From assembly GCF_002968835.1 (NCBI RefSeq), contig NZ_PKQK01000008.1:8357-40356 (forward strand): a stretch of DNA of 32,000 nucleotides, read 5' to 3'. Of the stretch, positions 24,573 to 32,000 are shown one piece after another. Numbering within the stretch: the stretch's first letter is position 1; each line of letters starts with the position of its first letter. The stretch comes from Paenibacillus sp. PCH8. Lineage in GTDB: Bacteria; Bacillota; Bacilli; Paenibacillales; Paenibacillaceae. Made by a program: the position numbers and the translations under genes. A model generated the notes under the pieces. It ran no database searches. It worked only from the letters and a program-made list of their open reading frames with translations, and was not told where the DNA came from.

Positions 24573-24713
24573 GCGAGAAGAAGACTTACTCGGCAAAAAG
24601 AATGTGCGAAGGGTATGAATAAATCTTAATGATGCTGTACCAAGGTTCAACAATGTTGTTAGAAATATTGCTGCATTCGAAACAATAAATATAATAAAAA
24701 AAATCTTGCTAAT
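24555..24713 (-). CDS. Candidate small hydrophobic toxin-like peptide (52 codons, apparent ATT start)
   Basis: GGGAGGGG SD (24727-24720) lies 8 nt upstream of the ATT at 24713. (I)SKIFFIIFIVSNAAIFLTTLLNLGTASLRFIHTLRTFFLPSKSSSRKKKKH has a TM helix and a poly-Lys tail. The stop lies inside the shared terminator hairpin. Confidence 0.3.
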   Translation of the reverse strand: MSKIFFIIFIVSNAAIFLTTLLNLGTASLRFIHTLRTFFLPSKSSSRKKKKH

Positions 24714-25028
24714 GTTTGTCCCCTCCCTTCATAGAGGGCACCACAGCTACTACTATCATACTGTAACCCAACATATGCTATTTTGTAAACAAGACTTTAT
24801 CGACATAATTAATAGCGAAATACACTTCCTGACTCAAATGCTATGGGAGAGTAAGAAGGCTATAGACAAAGGATTATTAAAAAAAAAACAGAAAAATAAA
24901 TCGTTTTTCTACGTAATTCATCAATAAACTTCCGAAGTTTGAACATACCATATGTAGTATCCGGTTTAAATAGAATAATTCGGGTCATTATGCATTAACT
25001 TATGCTTACTTAACTACTGAGAAATAAC

Positions 25029-25058
25029 GATACCCCTGGTGTATACCCCAGGGGTATC
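25029..25058 (-). terminator. Hairpin terminator of the membrane-protein gene
   Basis: GATACCCCTGG (25029-25039) pairs with CCAGGGGTATC (25048-25058), a perfect 11-bp stem just after the stop at 25074. Confidence 0.6.
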
Positions 25059-25073
25059 TTGCATTTGTTGAAT

Positions 25074-25847
25074 TTAGAATGTTTTTACTGTCCGGAGAAT
25101 CGTTGCCAATTGAAGATATTTAATCGGCTTATAAAAAATTATTGGTTCAATAACTTTTCGAAATAGCCAGACTATAATAGTTGCTGCAAGTATAAGACTT
25201 AAAATAATCCCTATTGCAGTACTTAAATTAGAAGCAGCAAAAAGTTTATTCAATGAGATGTTCCATAGTGGGAATAAAAATGCTGTGAAAATGGCTACTG
25301 GCAACCATCGCAATTTGCGGAGGCTATCGCTTCGTTCTGTGTAGTAGGCAATAAGATAATCAATGTAATTCTTATCCATCTTGCTATTATTATTTAAGTA
25401 TTTATGAATAACACTACACTGGATAGAGAAGAGGACTTCTTTGTTGAAGTTTAAGATCCAGAACTTAACTAGAAAGGAGAGCTCGCGATATTCCTTTTTC
25501 ACAAATAAATTTGAAGCAGTACCTGATCCAATAAGACCGACGAATCCTCCTAAGAACATGACTAAAAAAATTATACCCCAATAACCGGGTGTCTCTTTAT
25601 CAGTCCACCATGAAAAGATTAGGTTACCGAAGATTGATAAAATTAATAAACTTAAATTTATTACAGCAATCCATTCAAAAACCTTAGCTGTAGTATTCAT
25701 GAGCATTTTACTTCTTGAATTCTCATTTAATAGAGAGTACAGATCTCGTTTAATAATCTGGTCTTGAACTGATTCATTTGACAGTATTTTTTCTGGTTTA
25801 TTATTAATTTTTACTGGACGTATGTATCTTCCATACATGCTTAACAT
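25074..25847 (-). CDS. Hypothetical multi-pass membrane protein
   Basis: GGGAGGA SD 6 nt before the ATG at 25847. Several hydrophobic helices, for example WIAVINLSLLILSIFGNLIF, IIFLVMFLGGFVGLIGSG and AIGIILSLILAATIIVWLF. Confidence 0.65.
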   Translation of the reverse strand: MLSMYGRYIRPVKINNKPEKILSNESVQDQIIKRDLYSLLNENSRSKMLMNTTAKVFEWIAVINLSLLILSIFGNLIFSWWTDKETPGYWGIIFLVMFLGGFVGLIGSGTASNLFVKKEYRELSFLVKFWILNFNKEVLFSIQCSVIHKYLNNNSKMDKNYIDYLIAYYTERSDSLRKLRWLPVAIFTAFLFPLWNISLNKLFAASNLSTAIGIILSLILAATIIVWLFRKVIEPIIFYKPIKYLQLATILRTVKTF

Positions 25848-26009
25848 CAAATTCCTCCCTTAAACTATATATATCCATGGACAGATACTATTCGTAGTAT
25901 CTGGGTGGTATCTTTGCCAGTACAATTTGTACAATTTTAATTAATGGTCTATTAATAGTTGTTGTTGTATATTAAAGGTAATATAGCATATAACTTAGGG
26001 GGTAAGGAA

Positions 26010-26228
26010 TTGTCTTTTAAAACCTCACATTCTATCATGAAAAAGAAGGGACGCTGGAACAAAAAAGGGAAGGTTCCTTCGCGAGTATTTTCATGCCCAA
26101 CTTGCTTTTCGAAGTACACTGAACCACCTCGCTCGTCAAGCAACAATAAGACCTACTGCTCCCAATGCCTGGTGAAAACAAATGAATTTGTAAATTTGAA
26201 ACAGATTACCGTTTACAAATCAAAATAA
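26010..26228 (+). CDS. Small basic zinc-ribbon protein (start uncertain)
   Basis: CPTC...CSQC motif. GGGGG lies 7 nt before the TTG at 26010. The alternative ATG at 26037 lacks an SD. Confidence 0.35.
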   Translation: MSFKTSHSIMKKKGRWNKKGKVPSRVFSCPTCFSKYTEPPRSSSNNKTYCSQCLVKTNEFVNLKQITVYKSK

Positions 26229-26302
26229 TAAATTCTTATAAAGATGTTAACTCACTTGTTATCAGAACACGGGTTAAATTAATGGAGGAAGGACAGGTAG
26301 AT

Positions 26303-26626
26303 ATGATAATGGGAACATGCCCTAAATGTGGAGGAGACTTGCAAGAAACAAGACAATCTACGGAAGTCCAAATTAATGAGCAGAAGAAGATTAAGATGCC
26401 GGAGCTCTCTGCTCTTAAGTGTATATCGTGTAGTGATGTATATTTTACCCCTTCCGCGAATCAAGAGATGGAAAGAATACTAATGCGTGAAATTCTAAAT
26501 ACGGAAATAGATGAACTGGAAAAAGAATGCCGATCCTGTAGCAGCCAAGAACGGTATGAAGAACTTCTTATAGAAATTGAAAATCTTAGAAAACAACTGG
26601 AAGACATCATAGAGAACTCATTGTAA
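26303..26626 (+). CDS. YgiT/MqsA-type zinc-finger protein with a C-terminal coiled coil
   Basis: CPKCGGDLQETRQSTEVQINEQKKIKMPELSALKCISCSDVYF fits the YgiT-type finger pattern (CxxCG...C..C.e.yf). GGAGGAAGGA SD. Confidence 0.5.
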   Translation: MIMGTCPKCGGDLQETRQSTEVQINEQKKIKMPELSALKCISCSDVYFTPSANQEMERILMREILNTEIDELEKECRSCSSQERYEELLIEIENLRKQLEDIIENSL

Positions 26627-26885
26627 TGGCTAAACAACCCAATATTCGTTCTACTGGATCTTATTAAAGCCTGGTTCGGGTGTGGTCCTTTAGATAGTAA
26701 AAAAGGGTACCTAACGTGGGGGCCAGGCTCAACGTTTCCTAGTTAAGATTGACCTTGGAGTTGTTTGTCTTTTATTGAGCTTGAGAGATGTTGCAATCTT
26801 ATAGCCAAGATAATGTATGGAAGCTTCAGTATGCCCAAAATTCATGAATAAACTTTAAATCTTTAATCAGGAGCGGATTTATAAA

Positions 26886-27783
26886 TTGAAATCGATAATT
26901 ATAACTATAGGGATAGGCTATTTTTATATAGTCATTTCTATTATGAGATGGATCATTGAGGTTCCAACATTGTTTATTGCATTACTATCCATAGCTGCAG
27001 CATTATTTACCTTAGCGGATTATTACAGCGATGTGAAAAGCAATGAAAAGTGGGCCACTAACACATTTGTTAGCGGTCTGGTTTTTCTTATCGCATCTCT
27101 CGTCTCGTTATTACCAATCCCTGTATTCAACAATCTAACAGGGTTTTGGATTGTACAAAGAGCTGGAGATTGGGCTACACTATTTGGCCTTGGCATCGTT
27201 GTTATCACAATCGGATATAAAGAAATGGCAAAAACTAAATTAGTTGAATCTCTCAAAGTGCAGGAGGAACAGGTTCCCCCATTGATACTGAACCTATCAA
27301 AGTGCAGGAAGAACAAGACTCCCCAATTATTATTGTCAAAAAAATGACTGAAATTGAGTACAACACGATGATGGAATTGAATGACGTCATTACTCAATTA
27401 AAAAAATAGATCCTCATGTCTTCGGGAATGGTAAGGTTTACAATGGCTGGTCGGTATTCTACGATATTCTGGTAGACATTTATAATGCAGGAGGCCCTTT
27501 TTATGACGGTTTAAATCGGCAGTTATTTTTTGAATTCTTAGAGTCGTTGGATAGTACTACAGAAATTATAGTGAATCTTGCTGACCCTGATTTTGATGAT
27601 GATCGCGATTTAGGTGATATCGTCTTATGGGGTACGAGCTACGAGGTTTACTCACAGTCTTCTATTAAATATATTGAAGGACCGACTGTTCAGGATGTCA
27701 TTGAAAATTTGGGTGAAACACTTGAGCGGTGGAAATCTCTTAAAGATAACATTACGAAACAGTATGAACAAACTCGAGTATAA
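26886..27783 (+). pseudogene. One membrane-protein gene (4 TM, KVQEEQ repeat linker, soluble C-domain) broken by two homopolymer frameshifts
   Basis: Reading C5 (27276-27280) as C6 and A7 (27400-27406) as A8 joins three frames. The result is ...ESLKVQEEQVPPIDTEPIKVQEEQDSPIIIVKKMTEIEYNTMMELNDVITQLKKIDPHVFGNG...QTRV. A 44-bp direct repeat (27253 and 27297) encodes the same KVQEEQ peptide only after that correction. Confidence 0.55.
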
Positions 27784-28000
27784 TGACAAACCCTGCTTTG
27801 GATGTAGATTTTGGAGAATCTTGAAGACGAAATCAAGCCCTCAAGCGAATGCCGTTGTTTATTATCTTATCTTTAAAGTGAGGGGGACTGTAGAATTACG
27901 ATTAGAGTTTAGGACTTAAACGTAATCATGATGCCGGAATTACCATACATTGAACTAGTCGCTTACCAAAAAAGAGTACGTTGGAAAGGAGTGGAATGAT

Positions 28001-29290
28001 TTGCAAATTGCCAATTACGAGAATACTCTAATCTCTCTTTTTGACGAATTCAATAAGTATCCCCGGAAAGATCTGGCTATCACAGAGATCAGGAAAAAGG
28101 GGAGAAAAGATGGTTTTAGATGTCCTTTCTGTGATGAATATCTCATACTTCGTGCGGGGAACATGAATGAACCTCATTTTGCACATAAACAGGGGAAGTC
28201 CTGTACAGTTGCCCGTTCATATGAACAATACGAGCGGCAAGTAAAGAGGGAATCAGCTCAGCACTCGGTAATACGGGACGTCATTTACGATGACTTGAGA
28301 ACGCAGGAGAGATATAAGCCTGATCTTAAAGTGGAGCATGGCTATAAAGCGAAAGCTGAGGGAAGTTGGAAGGTTGTCCCCGATATCATTGTAAAAAAGG
28401 GGCACTATGAGTTTGGTATATCAGTCCTGACCAATGTATATCAGGAGGGTGATGAGTCACTCGTAAAGATAATTCGAAAAAGGAATCAATATTTCGATGA
28501 GAAAGGCTTAAATAATATCTGGTTTATAGAGGATCAAGAGCTGAGTTTAGATTTATCGTATAGAGTATTGTTTCTTTGGGAATCTGAGACCCTTCTTAGT
28601 ACCAAAACAGATTGGGATCACAAATGGGATAAACTACTGAATAATCTATCTGGTAAAGATACTTACTCGATATCAGAGGCGTTTAATTATAATGAGAAAC
28701 AGATTCTCCAAAATGATGTCCGCAGCCTGTACTATGTTCATTCCACGCCTGATGGAATATCGTTTTCTGTTCATAGAATCATCTTTGATGAACTTGAACC
28801 CCCATACCGAGCTTTTGCTGTAACAACGGGGTATAAGATGCAACTTACAGAAGCTTTGGTAATCCAGGATTACCTTCAGTTATCTAATGATGATTTCGAA
28901 AATCGGCAAATGGATATTTTTAAATTAGATTTTGCTAAGGGAATAGATCGCATCACGCAAATTGATGAAGGAAGAACAGAGGACACCAATCAATTGAATG
29001 ATATTGAAATACCACTACCACAAATTGTAAGACAGAACAAACCTCAAAAGGATCTTCCGGTGATCTACTGGGATGATGGGACCGTTACATACCTCATCGA
29101 AAGGCTTAAACGAAAGTACATATCTGTAGAGGATGCCGCCTTACTGGCGCAATATTTGAGACATAACAGGGAGCTAGTTATTTTTAAGGGATGGGACCTT
29201 CGTGATATTAAAAAAATGGCTTTTGAAGCACTGGGAAAAATATCGGATCCCAATGTGAGGATACATCTTATTGAGATTGTAGATTTATAG
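28001..29290 (+). CDS. CoiA-like competence-family nuclease-fold protein
   Basis: AAAGGAG SD, TTG start. FRCPFCDEYLILRAGNMNEPHFAHKQGKSC matches the CoiA N-terminal signature. Confidence 0.7.
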   Translation: MQIANYENTLISLFDEFNKYPRKDLAITEIRKKGRKDGFRCPFCDEYLILRAGNMNEPHFAHKQGKSCTVARSYEQYERQVKRESAQHSVIRDVIYDDLRTQERYKPDLKVEHGYKAKAEGSWKVVPDIIVKKGHYEFGISVLTNVYQEGDESLVKIIRKRNQYFDEKGLNNIWFIEDQELSLDLSYRVLFLWESETLLSTKTDWDHKWDKLLNNLSGKDTYSISEAFNYNEKQILQNDVRSLYYVHSTPDGISFSVHRIIFDELEPPYRAFAVTTGYKMQLTEALVIQDYLQLSNDDFENRQMDIFKLDFAKGIDRITQIDEGRTEDTNQLNDIEIPLPQIVRQNKPQKDLPVIYWDDGTVTYLIERLKRKYISVEDAALLAQYLRHNRELVIFKGWDLRDIKKMAFEALGKISDPNVRIHLIEIVDL

Positions 29291-29346
29291 TTTGTTATAA
29301 TAATAGACGTAGTTCGACCAATTAGAGTATGGAAGGGCGGTTAACG

Positions 29347-29919
29347 ATGAAGGATACATTCAAGGTTGGCAGTACATACGATTGTGTTGTAAATGGACAG
29401 ATCTGGGCGTTTACTGTAGTCGAAGTAGATGAAGAAAATGAGGGAAACCTTTGGATTACCTGGAGTACTGATTGGAGTACCGGTATTACTGGTGAGGAAG
29501 AAGATGAAGAATGTCATTCCATTGATGACTTGGTCAAAAAGGTTGAAGATCATAAAAATAATGTGGCTGCAGGAATCATCTATCCACGAGGAGATAGCGA
29601 AGAAGCTCAATTTAATGGATTAACTGAGTTAATATCAAAGCCGAGATACTATTTCGGGCAAATGGAAGTTCCTCGGGCTTTTGTACTTACAGACCATTTT
29701 TCACCTGAAGGGTACAGACCGGACAGAGAGTATCTAGAATTCGTTTTTGATCCCGAAAGCTCCCTGTTAAGAGTGTCAAGTCCAGATCCTGCGGCAGACG
29801 TTCCTAGCTGGGTAATTGAACGGTTTGATGTATCTGGTGTTACTAGGGTGAAACCCGAAACACGTACAGAGAAGGTAGTTTATCTTCTTAAGATTAGCCA
29901 GGTAAAGAGTAGCATCTAA
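29347..29919 (+). CDS. Hypothetical protein
   Basis: ATG at 29347 after GGAAGGG; 190 aa; acidic patch; no recognised motif. Confidence 0.5.
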   Translation: MKDTFKVGSTYDCVVNGQIWAFTVVEVDEENEGNLWITWSTDWSTGITGEEEDEECHSIDDLVKKVEDHKNNVAAGIIYPRGDSEEAQFNGLTELISKPRYYFGQMEVPRAFVLTDHFSPEGYRPDREYLEFVFDPESSLLRVSSPDPAADVPSWVIERFDVSGVTRVKPETRTEKVVYLLKISQVKSSI

Positions 29920-30337
29920 TAAGGATGCGCATTCTGGAGTACAGCTTCAGCAAATATGAGAAAGACGATAAATAGTTTTCAAGAATATAGTAACGGCTAT
30001 CATAACCCAATAAAAGGAGGAACTTAGATGAAAAGTCACGGATTGGGTAACTAAAGGCGGTTTTAAAGGATTTCTAGGAATAATATATAGAAAAAGCGAA
30101 ACAGTAGTTTAGATTGTTAAAGCAAAATGCTAAATATGGTTGTTAAGTCTCTACTAATAAATTTGTATTTTTTATAACGATTGCTGCCCGGGATCTCTGG
30201 ATAGGGTAATATTGCACAGAGCATGGGTACCGCAGGGCTAAATACTTAATATGAAACCTCATTGTGGTTTTTGATAGGATACACAATACCACAATCGGTT
30301 AAGAGACTAATCTATCATTCATCATTGTTCCATTCAT

Positions 30338-30361
30338 AGTCACCTAATCGGGTGGCTTTTT
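30338..30361 (+). terminator. Terminator-like hairpin in the kinase upstream region
   Basis: AGTCACC (30338-30344) pairs with GGTGGCT (30351-30357) with one G-U, then TTTTT. Confidence 0.45.
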
Positions 30362-30499
30362 AGTTTTAAGGATCCAGTTATTTGTCCCTGAAGAAAAATA
30401 TTGCGTAATTTAATGGAATGTACATTATCAATATTGTTTGAGGAAATTAAAAATTTGTCTTATACTAATTCGGAAGCAAAATAGAAAGGAAGGTATCTC

Positions 30500-31704
30500 G
30501 TGGCTAATTGGGCAAAGAGTGGTACATATTCGAATGTTACTGAGATTCAATATAATGGAATCGAATGTGTGAAAAAAGAGTTAAAGGAAGAACGGTTCAC
30601 TGAAAAGAACTTGGCAAGATTTCAGAGGGAATATGAGATACTAAAGAGCATTAGTCATCCCAATATCACACGGGTATATGAAATCAATGGAGCATCTTAC
30701 ATTATGGAGAAGGCTGACTGTGATTTGGAAGAATACGTTCTAAAGAATGAACTTTCAGAAGAGGAAATTGAACGTATTATCGATGGTATTGCATCGGGGC
30801 TCGCGTGTTTGCATGATCATGAGGATCAGATCATTCATCGGGATTTAAAACCGTCGAATGTGCTTATGTTCAACGGTATTCCAAAAATATCTGATTTAGG
30901 CGTATGTAAGCCCTTACTCAATAATTTTATTAAAACAAGTGCTTATAGTAAGGAATTGATGGGCTCCATGCGGTATATGAGTGATGCGCATAAAGAGGGT
31001 GACGCTGAGCCTACATTTCATTACGATATTTTCGCACTTGGACGTTTAATCTATTTTTTAGAGAAAAAAGAACACCCCCCATTGGAGCGATCAACAATTA
31101 CGATCACATGCGTTATCAAGCTCTTGTTCTTATGACTGAGCAGCAATATCCGGTTGTCATACATAACATGGAGACATTCAATCGAAAGCGCTTGAATGTC
31201 ATTTCATCAAAATTAACAATTGAGGATTCAATCACAAAGTTTATCGAAAGACAGATAGGCATAACTGATTTGTTCGCCAGCTTTAGCCAACGGAAGTCTC
31301 CAAGGGTTTTTGAAGTGTTAAATCGCGGAGCTGCAAGCATTATTGAATGCATTCCTAATCAAGATGATCAATCCTTAGGACTTTTCTTTGAGCTATATAT
31401 GGACTTATTTGAATCCTTCCGGCAACCCCCTTATTGGAAGTTCCAGATTTGTACTGATGTAACCGAACGGTTACTTGAAATGTTCGAAAAGGCAAAAGGT
31501 GTTGAAATTCGCAGAAAGTTGTTTCTTGCGGCATATGAATGGTCATACGGTAGCAATCAGTATGATCCCATTAAAAAATTAGATAATTATATGCGACGTA
31601 TGAAAAGAAATGATGACTATGAATCATTTTTTTTGGAACTCGTAGAATATCTTGATATTTCGGATATGAGTAGAGTTAGTGAATTTATTGAACGTCACGG
31701 ATAG
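30500..31704 (+). pseudogene. Hanks-type Ser/Thr protein kinase fused to a helical C-domain, split by a frameshift at a C6 run
   Basis: VKKELK, HRDLKPSNVLM, ISDLGVCK and SMRYMSDAH match kinase subdomains. Reading C6 (31075-31080) as C7 joins ...YFLEKKEHPPIGAINNYDHMRYQALVLMTEQ... to ORF 31108..31704. Confidence 0.75.
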
Positions 31705-32000
31705 AAGCTGATCCAAGCACAATTATAATATTTAGCCGAGAACTGATCGAGTGTAGATATGTGATATTTGTCTAGGGCAAGAACATTGTCCCATTGAAGT
31801 CGCTAATTTTGCGGCTTTGTTATTTTATCGGTACAAGTTCCTGTCCTGAACCAAGGACACGAACATGTCCGATTTCCGATTAGATGAATATCTAAAATAA
31901 AGATGATGTAGTTAAAACCTCAACATGCTGCATAGCCCCACTAACTGCGCCTGAAGCTTTTTTGCTAAGGTAGAAAATTCAGGAGAAATGGGCGAAAGCT

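Noticed and set aside
24706-24927. 73-aa + strand ORF
   Set aside because: It has no SD and a His/Tyr-rich odd composition. Its start is the antisense of the strong minus-strand SD.
27400-27406. Programmed -1 ribosomal frameshift or transcriptional slippage at A AAA AAA TAG
   Set aside because: The context is compatible. However, three other genes in the window show the same one-base homopolymer deficit at C-runs, which makes an artefact the more economical explanation.
29990-30361. Riboswitch-like leader upstream of the kinase: a strong SD plus a 7-codon mini-ORF at 30028-30051, alternative hairpins around 30254-30295, and a terminator at 30338-30361
   Set aside because: The stems are short, I could not match any known aptamer class, and the mini-ORF may be a remnant gene start.
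25952-31546. Remaining antisense or overlapping ORFs (25952..26146-, 26279..26464-, 27023..27397-, 27614..27919+, 29065..29253-, 29341..29610-, 29429..29623+, 31116..31352-, 31355..31546-)
   Set aside because: Each lies within or opposite a better-supported gene and lacks an SD.
1-32000. CRISPR arrays, tRNA, rRNA and tmRNA genes
   Set aside because: I saw no regularly spaced direct repeats and no cloverleaf or rRNA-like conserved sequences on either strand.

Overview
This looks like low-GC Firmicutes accessory or mobile-island DNA. Supporting signs are strong GGAGG-type Shine-Dalgarno (SD) sites, a Spo0E-like gene, a CoiA-like gene and an RNPP-type regulator. Genes are almost all on the + strand, and no rRNA, tRNA or CRISPR array was seen. 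Main content in order: (1) 1.6-5.6 kb holds a five-gene operon ending in E2-like, Ubl-JAB fusion and ThiF/E1-like genes. It resembles a PRTRC-type ubiquitin-like conjugation cassette and sits behind a highly structured leader. I rate it the top candidate for an undescribed system. (2) 7.3-9.6 kb holds an AT-rich trio: a HEPN (RNRIIH) protein, an unknown protein and a membrane-anchored Lon-type S16 protease. This is a candidate novel defence cassette. (3) A tandem-HicB-like protein and a kinase-like gene with an in-frame stop follow. (4) 12.9-17.2 kb holds an intact IS30-family element inserted 151 bp upstream of a Septu-like ptuA (ATPase) and ptuB (HNH) pair. A third IS30-type terminal repeat lies just downstream, so the defence pair is bracketed by inverted IS ends. 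(5) A ParB-like nuclease-domain gene and a tyrosine recombinase come next. (6) An orphan c-di-GMP-I riboswitch has its own promoter and two terminators but no downstream ORF. (7) A LytTR regulator has a pseudo-receiver domain with K at the phospho-acceptor position. (8) An HTH-TPR (RNPP/AimR-like) receptor is followed by an overlapping 54-aa secreted pro-peptide gene and a Spo0E-like phosphatase gene. (9) A convergent pair of small RNA and small hydrophobic ORF resembles a type I toxin-antitoxin locus. (10) The window ends with zinc-ribbon proteins, a CoiA-like protein and a Hanks-type Ser/Thr kinase. Caution: all four frame disruptions I found are deficits of exactly one base inside homopolymer runs. 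That pattern suggests sequencing or assembly artefacts rather than real pseudogenes. All family assignments rest on motif recognition by eye; no database search was run.
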